A DNA stretch of 50,120 nt from a virus (Duplodnaviria > Caudoviricetes). The notes beneath the pieces were generated by a model. The model searched no databases. It was not told where the DNA came from and worked only from the letters and a program-made list of their open reading frames with translations. The position numbers were made by a program, and so were the translations under genes. This document shows positions 1 to 9,053 of this stretch, in pieces. The stretch's first letter is position 1, and every line of letters begins with the position of its first letter. The stretch is from positions 1-50,120 of the IMG/VR virus record IMGVR_UViG_3300033144_001106; one strand, written 5' to 3'.

Positions 1-114
1 AGTATCTACCCATATCTCAGGCAAGAAGATCGCTGAGATGATGGAAGAGAACCTAGGCCTTACACAGTACGAGCTAGTTCAAGACAACATCCGGATAGCA
101 GAGCAGCAAGAGAC
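1..114 (+). repeat. Terminal redundancy: identical to 49503-49616 (3' part of portal gene); genome is circular/circularly permuted
   Basis: Direct comparison: agtatctacc...gagcagcaagagac identical at both ends; similarity with synonymous changes continues to 183. Confidence 0.95.
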
Positions 115-180
115 AGCTAAGCTAGGAACACAGGCTCAAGAGAACGTAGCAACAGACATCATCGAGAGGCCTGAGCCCTA

Positions 181-960
181 GTGACAACGGCTATCATTGA
201 CAGGAATGGCAACCTCCTAGTAGATCCTATGCTGGATATACCAAGGGGTGCCTACAATGAATGCTCTAGTATCAACAAGTTTGGTGCTGCGGCTGAGGCT
301 GCTGCGGATACTGCTACAGTAGTATGGGATGGAGGTGCTACGTATACCTTCCCTGCTACAGCACTAATGACGCACATAAGTCAGACGACAGACCAAGCAC
401 TCCTTAGAGGAGGCTTAGTCAGTGTACAAGGCCTCGACGCTGACTGGAATCAAGTCACTCAGGTAGCTACACTGGATGCAACTCTGACTACGAACATAGT
501 TGAACTGGCTACCCCACTGATCCGCTGCTTCCGTATGATTATGATGGGCAGTGTTGTACCCACCTCGACGATCCGTGTGCATAACGCCGGAGAGTCGGTA
601 GACTACGCAGTCATCACGACTGGCATCAACCAGACACTGATGGCTGTCTACACGGTACCAGCAGGCAAGACGGCATACATGACCAGTTACTATACGTCTG
701 TCACCAGTGAGACTAACAAAGTACCACAAAGTACTGAGGTAGTATTAAAGACAGCCAACCGCGTACATGGCGATCTGTTCACAGTCAAACATGCGTTTGC
801 TATACCTAAGTTGCAACCGGGGTTCCAGCATTGGTTCAAGCCATACTACAAGTTTACAGAGAAGACTGACATGCTAGTAGAGGTTACTTGTGCTACCAAC
901 CCTGCACACATACACGCAGGATTCGATCTGATACTTGTAAATAACAACAGGACATGGTAG
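181..960 (+). CDS. Phage protein of unknown function downstream of portal (possibly virion-associated), allele 1
   Basis: 259 aa, GTG start overlapping portal TAG; INKFG, GLDADW, NQTLMAVYTVPAG motifs; clear homologue at 49704-50120. Confidence 0.75.
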   Translation: MTTAIIDRNGNLLVDPMLDIPRGAYNECSSINKFGAAAEAAADTATVVWDGGATYTFPATALMTHISQTTDQALLRGGLVSVQGLDADWNQVTQVATLDATLTTNIVELATPLIRCFRMIMMGSVVPTSTIRVHNAGESVDYAVITTGINQTLMAVYTVPAGKTAYMTSYYTSVTSETNKVPQSTEVVLKTANRVHGDLFTVKHAFAIPKLQPGFQHWFKPYYKFTEKTDMLVEVTCATNPAHIHAGFDLILVNNNRTW

Positions 961-1218
961 ATGGACGTTAGATGGTTCAAAGAAGATAGGAAGCTGCCCA
1001 AGGCAGAGTACATAGAAGCTAAAGCAGAGTCAGAGAAGGCTCTAAAGAATTCAACACTCTTCCAGCGTAGGCTGGAGGAAATTATCGACGAGATGATCGC
1101 CACCTCAGACCGAGATGACGAAGACTTCTCGAAACGTAATTGGGAATTGGAACACGTAGCCAATATCTCTCGAAGGAAAGTGCTGCGTGAAATCAAACGA
1201 GTAATACAACTGAAATAG
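961..1218 (+). CDS. Small helical protein between portal and scaffold
   Basis: 85 aa ORF abutting neighbours; position typical of podovirus head modules. Confidence 0.7.
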   Translation: MDVRWFKEDRKLPKAEYIEAKAESEKALKNSTLFQRRLEEIIDEMIATSDRDDEDFSKRNWELEHVANISRRKVLREIKRVIQLK

Positions 1219-1228
1219 GAGGGCGACC

Positions 1229-1966
1229 ATGCCCGACGACGTATTTAGTAGTGACCAGACTACTGAGAGTGTACTAGATACACTCGTAGGTGAGGGTAAG
1301 AAGTTCGGCTCCGTTGAGGAGTTAGCCCAAGGAAAGGCTAAGAGTGATGAGCATATCACCACTATCGAAACGGAAAATGCTACGCTGAAGGAACAAGTGG
1401 AAACTCTTACAGCTGGAAAAGCTAAAGGAGACAACATGAGTGAGATCTTAGAAGCAATCAAAGCCGCATCTGCAAAAGAAGGTTCAGAAGGTGGACAGAC
1501 AATGTCACAAGAAGAACTGGAGCAACTTGTACGTAAGGTAGTAACAGGCGATAACGAGGCCGACACCAAGGCCGCGAATCGTGCGATAGGGAATACGCTA
1601 GTGCTCAAGCTAACGGATGGCAATGTTGAAGCCGCCCGACTGCTTGTGACAGAGCGAGCGACCGCACTGGGCATGAGCCCTGCTGCGCTAGCCGCGCTGA
1701 GCGAATCAAGTCCCGACGCTTTCGCATCACTGATTACCCCGGACAAGAGTACTGCTAGCTCAGGCTCTACATCTGTACTTGAAGGCATGAATACCAATGC
1801 GCTTAATCAGAACTCAGACCCACAGGAAGTGGACGGGTTCAAGACTAAAGCGTGGTTTACTGCCAAGAGGCTAGAAGTAGGACATGTGAAGTATCTCAAC
1901 GACCAAGTTATTCAGCGGGAGTTGTCACGGAGCATGAACGGTCTGGGAGAGCGTTTCAACAACTAA
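1229..1966 (+). CDS. Putative capsid scaffolding protein
   Basis: Strong RBS GGAGG; acidic coiled-coil 245 aa directly upstream of the major capsid gene; LVGEGKKF.SVEELA.GK motif. Confidence 0.7.
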   Translation: MPDDVFSSDQTTESVLDTLVGEGKKFGSVEELAQGKAKSDEHITTIETENATLKEQVETLTAGKAKGDNMSEILEAIKAASAKEGSEGGQTMSQEELEQLVRKVVTGDNEADTKAANRAIGNTLVLKLTDGNVEAARLLVTERATALGMSPAALAALSESSPDAFASLITPDKSTASSGSTSVLEGMNTNALNQNSDPQEVDGFKTKAWFTAKRLEVGHVKYLNDQVIQRELSRSMNGLGERFNN

Positions 1967-1988
1967 CTCTCTAACGAGGAAATAAAGC

Positions 1989-2963
1989 ATGGCACATACC
2001 ACAGGAAATAGTGCTGTTCTCATTCGTTCAGAGGTTTGGAGTACACAACTCAAGGAAATTCTCCAAGACGAGTTGAACGCACAAGGCTGGGTAAACTGGC
2101 TGAGTGAGTTCCCTGATGGTGACCAGTTCACTATCCCGTCGCTTGGTGAAGGCACTGTACAAGACTATACGGAAGATACTGACGTAACTTTCTCTGCTCT
2201 TGATACGGGTGAGTTCACATTCTCCATCTCTGAGTACCTGAGTTCTGGTAACTATATAACAGAGAAAGCTCGACAAGACTTGTTTTATTCAAGTCAACTC
2301 GAAGCAGCGTTCTTGCCTACACAGGCACGAGCGATTGCTGAGAAGATCGAGACGGATGTACTAGCCCTTAGTATGGGTGGAGCATCTGGCGGTCAGACAG
2401 TGACCAACGTCAATAGTATCAATGGCGCGGAGCATCGCTTCGTAGCAACTGGTACTAGTGAAACAATGGCTGTAGCAGATTTCGCTAAGGCTCTGTACGC
2501 GCTTAAGAAAGCTAACGTACCGCAGTCTAACCTAATCGCTATCGTTGACCCATCGGTTGAGTACGAGATCAACACGCTGACGAACATCGTCAACGTCTCG
2601 AACAACCCTCGATGGGAAGGTATCGTTGAATCGGGTATCGGCAATGGCATGACGTTCGTTAAGAACATCTTTGGCTTTGACGTATTCGTTTCGAACTACC
2701 TCGCTGGTGCCGGTGCTGCCGGGGCTGGAGCCGAAACAATCGGTGGACTCACCACTGCTGCTGGAAAGTGTAATACATTCTTCAGTGCGGCTTCTCCTGA
2801 CTTGCTCCCATTCATGGGCGCATTCAGACAGATGCCTAAAGTAGATGGCGGATACAACTATAAGAAGCAGCGTGAAGAGTATGTCACGACCGCTCGTTAT
2901 GGTTTGAAAGTCTATCGTCCTGAAAACCTTGTCGTGATTCTTAGCGACAACGACCAAGTATAG
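1989..2963 (+). CDS. Major capsid protein
   Basis: 324 aa; RBS GAGG; LIRSEVWS, FPDGD..TIPS.G, TARYG.KVYRPE motifs typical of podovirus HK97-fold capsid proteins; synteny. Confidence 0.9.
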   Translation: MAHTTGNSAVLIRSEVWSTQLKEILQDELNAQGWVNWLSEFPDGDQFTIPSLGEGTVQDYTEDTDVTFSALDTGEFTFSISEYLSSGNYITEKARQDLFYSSQLEAAFLPTQARAIAEKIETDVLALSMGGASGGQTVTNVNSINGAEHRFVATGTSETMAVADFAKALYALKKANVPQSNLIAIVDPSVEYEINTLTNIVNVSNNPRWEGIVESGIGNGMTFVKNIFGFDVFVSNYLAGAGAAGAGAETIGGLTTAAGKCNTFFSAASPDLLPFMGAFRQMPKVDGGYNYKKQREEYVTTARYGLKVYRPENLVVILSDNDQV

Positions 2964-2974
2964 GGTGGCTGATT

Positions 2975-3532
2975 ATGAGTAGAGCAAATACACACACCTT
3001 TGATGGTTTGGTTGTAGGTTATGGCACACACAGTGTGGATAACAATGTTGGTCGAGTAACAGGGGATAGCGGTACGCTTAAGACGTATGTTATCGAACTG
3101 CCTGATGCTACGGCGCTTGAGGACACTGATGCAATTACGGTTGCTTCAATGCCCCCGCAAAGTGTTATTCTCCCTCGTGGAGCTGCTATTCAGCGAGCTA
3201 CGTTTGTCGTAACTACTGGCTTCACTACAGGTGACGCATCAACGCTTGACATTGGCACGTACGCAGCAGGTGGGGATGGTTCCTCGTCTGGTGACGATCT
3301 TGCTGCTGGCATTGATGCTGACATCGCCACTTCGGCGTTGAACGCCATTGGTGACATAGTCATCTGTGACGGTGCTTACGTAGGCGGAGTTACTGGTTGC
3401 GGTGCAACATCCGATTCGGATGTAGTCGTAGTCTTTGGCTTCGAACAGAGCGCGTTCACAGCTGGTGCTGGTGTCTTGACCCTAGAGGTACTTGTACCTT
3501 CAGGTAGCCAAGGCGTGACCCTAGCCAACTAA
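2975..3532 (+). CDS. Putative capsid decoration/spike protein
   Basis: 185 aa Gly/Ala/Thr/Asp-rich beta protein immediately after MCP (LPRGA.I...F...TLDIG pattern). Confidence 0.55.
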   Translation: MSRANTHTFDGLVVGYGTHSVDNNVGRVTGDSGTLKTYVIELPDATALEDTDAITVASMPPQSVILPRGAAIQRATFVVTTGFTTGDASTLDIGTYAAGGDGSSSGDDLAAGIDADIATSALNAIGDIVICDGAYVGGVTGCGATSDSDVVVVFGFEQSAFTAGAGVLTLEVLVPSGSQGVTLAN

Positions 3533-3545
3533 CTTAATAGGTGAT

Positions 3546-3563
3546 AGCCCCCTTAGGGGGGCT
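3546..3563 (+). terminator. GC hairpin, possible weak terminator or processing site after capsid genes
   Basis: AGCCCCC-TTAG-GGGGGCT in an intergenic gap; U-tract is poor. Confidence 0.35.
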
Positions 3564-3589
3564 TGACCCCTGACAAAGAGGAACCTATT

Positions 3590-3856
3590 ATGGCAAATCC
3601 AAAGAAAGGCGATGCACTGTTTGCAGACGGACTAGGGAAACCTATGGGCGGCTTGCAACAGACGACAATCGCAGATCATTCCATCACGTATGGAACTGAT
3701 AATCCCGGCTTGACCGCTGCTGACGCAACGGCGATTGCTGACGGAGATGCTACCATAGTTCTAGCAGAGATGCTGCAACTGGGTACTGACCTGTCTGCAA
3801 AGATCAATGCGATCATAGCAGTGCTTGATGCACATGGCTTGACAGCAGATAGCTAG
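3590..3856 (+). CDS. Putative head fibre/minor virion protein
   Basis: ATG at 3590 after GAGG; C-terminal KINAIIAVLDAHGL resembles head-fibre trimerisation ends. Confidence 0.5.
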   Translation: MANPKKGDALFADGLGKPMGGLQQTTIADHSITYGTDNPGLTAADATAIADGDATIVLAEMLQLGTDLSAKINAIIAVLDAHGLTADS

Positions 3857-3857
3857 G

Positions 3858-4256
3858 ATGTATGACATCTGGTATTGCCCTCTGTACCCAGTAGACTCTA
3901 TACGGGTCTGCAACAAGGTAGTGAGGGAAGGACGAGAACTTTGGCGGGTTGCACTTGCGGAGAATATCCAAGGGTGCGGCCTCGTCAATCCCCTTATAGT
4001 AATCAACCACAGGGGTGACAAAGCAGAGCACCACTGGTTGATGACAGGAACGAATCGCCTCTGGGCAGTGCAGCACTTAGGGTGGTCACATGTACCAGTA
4101 ATTATAACAGGAGACTGTGAGTTTGAACCGAAGGTAAAGGTAGAAATAGAAGATCTACAGTCGTACTTTCGGGATGGTAAAGTACACTTAGGCTATCATG
4201 GCCCCAGACTAGAGGATGTGTGCAAGCCAGAGAACTATGAGTATCCTAGCACTTAG
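3858..4256 (+). CDS. ParB/Sulfiredoxin-like N-terminal domain protein
   Basis: LAENI..GLVNPLIV...LMTGTNRLWA...LG...VPVII matches the ParB/Srx core (canonical DGxHR appears as TGTNR). Confidence 0.65.
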   Translation: MYDIWYCPLYPVDSIRVCNKVVREGRELWRVALAENIQGCGLVNPLIVINHRGDKAEHHWLMTGTNRLWAVQHLGWSHVPVIITGDCEFEPKVKVEIEDLQSYFRDGKVHLGYHGPRLEDVCKPENYEYPST

Positions 4257-4962
4257 TCGTATAGCGACCACAAACCTTGGTGACTTAGTAAGCTCTCCGT
4301 GTCTGTACTTCGATTACGGAGCAACGTACCACGATACCAAGCTGCCGATACCACCTGAAGCAGATGTTTACATCTTTGGGGGTGGTGCCATCACAAGGGA
4401 TATGACTATCCAACAGGGCTACGTGGAAGGTACCAAGATAGCGTGGGGTATAGGACAGACCAACAGGTTTGAGACGGAGACTAAACCCTTCGAGCTACCT
4501 GAGTTTTCTCTAATAGGCAGCAGAGATACAGGGCAAGTTGGTGCCGAATGGGTGCCTTGTGCAAGTTGCATGTCACCCTTGTTTGACAAGGAGTACGAGA
4601 TAGAGCACGATGTTGTCACGTACCTGAACAGCAGATCTAAGGATCTCAGTGGCCTAGGGATAAACGTGTTGACTAACAGATGCACCTTTGAGGAAGCTAT
4701 AAGGTTTATAGGCTCAGCTAAGGTGTGTGTCACCACCTCGTATCACGGAGCTTACTGGGCGACACTACTGGGCAGAGCCGCAGTCATTGTCAACCCATAC
4801 AGTTCTAAGTTCTATAATTACAAGCACCAGCCAGTAGTAGTTGAACCAAGAAAGAGGCTGGATGAGCCCCTTAGAGTATTCCCCAACGCACTCAGCGAGT
4901 GCAGAGAAGCTAACATTAGATTCAATGAGACAGTAAAGACATGGCTAAAGACACCCTCCTAG
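4237..4962 (+). CDS. Polysaccharide pyruvyl transferase-like (GT-B fold) protein
   Basis: NLGD, FGGG, WGIG, SRD and TTSYHGAYWA.LLG motifs characteristic of the PS_pyruv_trans/WcaK-like family. Confidence 0.7.
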   Translation: MSILALSRIATTNLGDLVSSPCLYFDYGATYHDTKLPIPPEADVYIFGGGAITRDMTIQQGYVEGTKIAWGIGQTNRFETETKPFELPEFSLIGSRDTGQVGAEWVPCASCMSPLFDKEYEIEHDVVTYLNSRSKDLSGLGINVLTNRCTFEEAIRFIGSAKVCVTTSYHGAYWATLLGRAAVIVNPYSSKFYNYKHQPVVVEPRKRLDEPLRVFPNALSECREANIRFNETVKTWLKTPS

Positions 4963-5702
4963 AAATCGTACAAGACATACTCTCAGACGCAGATGGGGAT
5001 GAGGTCAACTCTGTCTCTGATACGATTGAGTCTGACCAGTGTGCTAGAGTAGTACGCAACGAGTTTAAGCTCATCGTAGATGAGTTCGACATCAAGACAC
5101 AAGAGACGCTAGTCAAGCTCACAGCTACTAGCTCCTCAACCCCTACTCAGATGACTAGACCCGAAGGGTTCCATAGTATCGAGAAGGTCTACTATGACAT
5201 ACGTGCCACTGTCGGTGCCGTAGCTAGGTTCCGAGAGATCACCTTCAAGGATCCGACAGCCTTCCTAGAGACAGCAATGGCTCTGACATCGTCTGATTCA
5301 GACGTTACATCTCAGTCCCTAGGGGACAGTGGATTCACACTCCTTATTAAGAATGACAAAGCTCCGTCATACTGGACAATCCTCGAGGGATACGATGACA
5401 TCATCTTCGACTCATACGATGTAGCACTAGAGACAAACCTCCAAGCCAGCAAGACGCTGGTCAAGGGAGTACAGAGGCCGACGCTTGCCTTAAGCGACAG
5501 CGCAGTACCTGATTTACCTCAGAACCTGATGCAGTTACTTAAGAATCGAGCTCGGTCGTTTTACTTTGATGTGTACATGGATGGGGCTCCGATGGCCGTG
5601 CAACGGCGAGAGAGTCACTCTGAGGTACGCGCACAGCGTAAGAAGTACATTACTAAACAGTTGCAACAGCAACGAACCGGCCCTAACCACGGGCGCAAAT
5701 AG
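4941..5702 (+). CDS. Tail adaptor / tail tubular protein A (T7 gp11-like)
   Basis: TLLEIVQDILSD.DGDEVNS..DT.ES.Q N-terminus, P.YWT...D.IIFDSYD; synteny. Confidence 0.75.
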   Translation: MAKDTLLEIVQDILSDADGDEVNSVSDTIESDQCARVVRNEFKLIVDEFDIKTQETLVKLTATSSSTPTQMTRPEGFHSIEKVYYDIRATVGAVARFREITFKDPTAFLETAMALTSSDSDVTSQSLGDSGFTLLIKNDKAPSYWTILEGYDDIIFDSYDVALETNLQASKTLVKGVQRPTLALSDSAVPDLPQNLMQLLKNRARSFYFDVYMDGAPMAVQRRESHSEVRAQRKKYITKQLQQQRTGPNHGRK

Positions 5703-5720
5703 ACAACAGGAGACCACCCT

Positions 5721-6191
5721 ATGTCAGAGCACGAGAAGTTCAACCTAGACCGACAGATCAGTATTGAGAATTACATCGACCCCACTGGTAAGAAGTGGGA
5801 AATCCAAGGGAAGCGTGGCTCTAGCTTAGTACATGCTAGGCCTAACCCAGACCACTCAAATGCAGTCATCCCTAAAGCATTCAAAGGGCAATGGACAAAG
5901 ACTAGTGCATTGCAAGAACTGATCAAGCATTGGCTTAATGGTCAGTGGGACAAGTCAGATCGAGCTAACCTAGAAGCATCTATGAAAGGTAAGCCACGAG
6001 TAGAGGCAGCCCCTGTAGTAGAGGCTAGGCAGACTCCAGAGGAGTCCCTTGCAGCACTGGATCCAGCGATAGTAGCAGAACTGGGTGACATCATCAAGGC
6101 AGAGGAGCCGGAAGTTGACGACAAACCTAAAGCCGTGGCGGCAGCTATGGCCTCGAAAAAGAAAGCCCCTAAAAAGAAAGCAACCAAGTAG
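5721..6191 (+). CDS. Hypothetical protein with Lys/Ala-rich C-terminus
   Basis: 156 aa, RBS GGAG. Confidence 0.7.
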   Translation: MSEHEKFNLDRQISIENYIDPTGKKWEIQGKRGSSLVHARPNPDHSNAVIPKAFKGQWTKTSALQELIKHWLNGQWDKSDRANLEASMKGKPRVEAAPVVEARQTPEESLAALDPAIVAELGDIIKAEEPEVDDKPKAVAAAMASKKKAPKKKATK

Positions 6192-6198
6192 GTAAGTA

Positions 6199-8649
6199 AT
6201 GCCAGAAGCCCGACATACTAAGAATCAGTTCTCCCTTGCGGGGGGACTGAATACTGAAGCTCACCAGCTACGCTTCCCCGATGGATACTCCACGGACGAG
6301 CAGAACTATGAGATTCGGCCTAATGGCACCCGTCGCAGACGGAGAGGGCTAGCACAAGAGGCAGGTGGGTCGGCTCTCACACCAGAGAATCCTATTACTA
6401 CTACGCAAGTACATAAGTCTAAGAAGTGGCGAGCTGCCGGTGGAGATCCGGATAAGAACTTTATCGTTCACCAAGTAGGTGCGTATCTCTACATTACTGA
6501 TGATGCAGAGATAGTCAGTACTACCTATACTTCTTTTCCAGTAGAGCTAGGAGTATACACGCTCGATGAAGACACTACAGAAGAATTGATAGGGAGTGAG
6601 GCTTGCTCTTTTTCGACTGGACGAGGACGCTTCTTCGTAGCAAACAAGTACTGCCAGCCATTCTATATAGAGTACGATCCTGCTACAGCTACATTTACGT
6701 ACCCCCAAATCCCTCTAAAGATACGAGACTTCTACGGCATTAACGATGGCATATCTAATAGTGTCAATCCTGCTGGCGGGGTGGTAACAGATATAACCGC
6801 TGATCACCTGTACAACTTGCGGAACAGAGGGTGGAAGCAAGGCGACATTGAGACCTACTGGACTACTCAGTCCAATACATTCCCAGCTAAGAAGCAGTTC
6901 TGGTACAGAGGCTATCGTAGAATTACAAACGTAGCCTATTCAGATCTTGATGGTATCCAGACATTCGATGCGGATAAGGTAGCAGGAGAGTTCTTCTCAG
7001 GGGATACGGCAGGGCAAGGAGCACTGCTTCTTAATCCTATGGACACTACCTTTGGAGAGAACCTGACTACAGGTGGTGTCTCACAACCTATAGAGTCATG
7101 GACGAAGACTGATCAAGGTAACGGCGTATGGCGTATCACTGTCACGATAACAGGGCACGGCAAGACCACTAACGACTATATTACTGTATCAGGTCAGAAT
7201 TCTAAATATGTAATCAAGAGCGGTGGGGGCAATCAGGGCTTCTACTCATTTGATGGTACACACCAACTTACTACAGTAGATAGTAACAGCTTCTACTTCG
7301 ATACCCAAAAACCCGGCTCACTCAAGGTAGGCGGTGACCGAATAGAGAAGTGGAAGTCATGGGCTAACATATACGTATCCAAAGGTCAAGTCGATGGCGG
7401 GGCTGCTCTGCCTAACAGTGCAGGAGCAGTAGAGACAGTCGGGCCTACTGTCATTGAGTACCACGGTGGGCACATCTTCTACGCGGGGATGCCTACCGCA
7501 GAGTATGCAGACACTATCTTCTTCTCACAGACGGCACTACAGCCTAACGTATTCGGGTTCTGCTTTCAAGCAGGCGACCCAACAGCAGTAGAGTTCAATG
7601 CACTCCTCCCTAACGACGGCGGAACAATAGTTATCCCTAGCCTTGGGGTAGTAAAAGATATGTTGTCAATACGAGGCAATCTCATAGTGTTCTCAGACCA
7701 AGGCGTGTGGGAGATAGCCGGTGGACAGCGTGGCTTCTTCACAGCTGACGGTTACTCAGTACGCAAGATCACTGACGATGAGTGCTCCTCTCCTCTTAGT
7801 CCTATTGCTATAAGTAAAGGAGCCGTGTACACAGGTACGAAGGGCATCATCCAGTTAGCTCCTAATGAGTTTACAGGAGCCCTAGAGGCTAAGAACGTGT
7901 CAGAGACAAGTGTGCAAACACTATGGAATGCCATCCCTGCTGCTCAGCAGAGGGTAGTGCAAACTGCTTTCGATGATGCACTCAAGAGAATCTATATACT
8001 GTATGGAGACAGCGGTGACGACATAAATATCTACGCTAATGCTCTTGTAATGGACTTGCGGGTGTCAGCATACTACAAGTACAAGTTCAATGATGGTGTG
8101 TTTGGAGCCTATCCAATAACAGATGCAGACAGCTCAGACAGCAACCAGAAGGTTAAGTGGCCTTGTCATGTAGGAGCTACTATTGTTACGTGTGACATGA
8201 GCCAATCAGATTATGTAGACTTCGACAGTGTAGAGTCTCCACTGCCCTTCCTAGTAACTGGATGGGACAACATAGGGGACTTCCAGCGGAAGAAGCGAGC
8301 CCCTGTCATTACAGTATACCAAGGTAAGACTGAGACAGGATTCACTGACAGCGGTGGTCATCTGACAGCAGTCAATCCCAGCTCCACACTGATGAGAGCT
8401 AGGTGGGACTTCACTGACAACGATGTAGCTGGCAAGTGGGGATCACAGAATCAAGTGTACAGGCACACAAGAGCTTTCCAGCCTGTTGATGCCAGTGACA
8501 CATATGCTGACGGCTACCCTGTAGTCATCACACGCAATAAGGTACGAGGCAGAGGCCGAGTACTGCAACTGCGCTTCGACGGAGAAGCCACTAAGGACTC
8601 ACATATCCTAGGGTTCTCTACGAACTACAAGATCAAGAGGGAAGTCTAG
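6199..8649 (+). CDS. Tail nozzle / tail tubular protein B (T7 gp12-like)
   Basis: 816 aa; GGLNTEA N-terminus, RRRRGL, GDPT..L..NDGG.I.I, K.RGRGR.L.LRF C-terminus; synteny. Confidence 0.8.
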   Translation: MPEARHTKNQFSLAGGLNTEAHQLRFPDGYSTDEQNYEIRPNGTRRRRRGLAQEAGGSALTPENPITTTQVHKSKKWRAAGGDPDKNFIVHQVGAYLYITDDAEIVSTTYTSFPVELGVYTLDEDTTEELIGSEACSFSTGRGRFFVANKYCQPFYIEYDPATATFTYPQIPLKIRDFYGINDGISNSVNPAGGVVTDITADHLYNLRNRGWKQGDIETYWTTQSNTFPAKKQFWYRGYRRITNVAYSDLDGIQTFDADKVAGEFFSGDTAGQGALLLNPMDTTFGENLTTGGVSQPIESWTKTDQGNGVWRITVTITGHGKTTNDYITVSGQNSKYVIKSGGGNQGFYSFDGTHQLTTVDSNSFYFDTQKPGSLKVGGDRIEKWKSWANIYVSKGQVDGGAALPNSAGAVETVGPTVIEYHGGHIFYAGMPTAEYADTIFFSQTALQPNVFGFCFQAGDPTAVEFNALLPNDGGTIVIPSLGVVKDMLSIRGNLIVFSDQGVWEIAGGQRGFFTADGYSVRKITDDECSSPLSPIAISKGAVYTGTKGIIQLAPNEFTGALEAKNVSETSVQTLWNAIPAAQQRVVQTAFDDALKRIYILYGDSGDDINIYANALVMDLRVSAYYKYKFNDGVFGAYPITDADSSDSNQKVKWPCHVGATIVTCDMSQSDYVDFDSVESPLPFLVTGWDNIGDFQRKKRAPVITVYQGKTETGFTDSGGHLTAVNPSSTLMRARWDFTDNDVAGKWGSQNQVYRHTRAFQPVDASDTYADGYPVVITRNKVRGRGRVLQLRFDGEATKDSHILGFSTNYKIKREV

Positions 8650-9053
8650 TGGGCTATTACGCAGCAGCAATGGCAGTTATCCAGATTGGATCGTCTGTCC
8701 TATCGGGGAAGAAGTCTAAGAGTGCTGCCAAGAAGTCTGCCCAGCTGGCAGAGCTACAGAACAAGCAGAAGGTAAGAACCTTCTTACGCAACTTCCGGAA
8801 GCAGCAAGCTATGCAAGTATCAGTAGCTGGTGCCAGAGCAGGTGGGCTAGAGAGCTCAAGAGTACAAGGTACTCTCGGTTCACAGAGAACACAAGCATTC
8901 ACAGGCATAGTAGAGGCTCATCAAATCAATCAACTTCAGAAGAAGATCCTTAAGAAGGGTGGACAAGCCCAGACCTTTAACCTACTGGGCGATATAGCAG
9001 GAGCAGCTGGTAACTTCTTCTCTTCTTCCGCTGGACAGGACGTAACCGACTAA
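8649..9053 (+). CDS. Small internal virion (ejection) protein, gp14-like
   Basis: 134 aa Ala/Gly/Ser/Gln-rich with hydrophobic N-terminus following nozzle gene. Confidence 0.6.
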   Translation: MGYYAAAMAVIQIGSSVLSGKKSKSAAKKSAQLAELQNKQKVRTFLRNFRKQQAMQVSVAGARAGGLESSRVQGTLGSQRTQAFTGIVEAHQINQLQKKILKKGGQAQTFNLLGDIAGAAGNFFSSSAGQDVTD

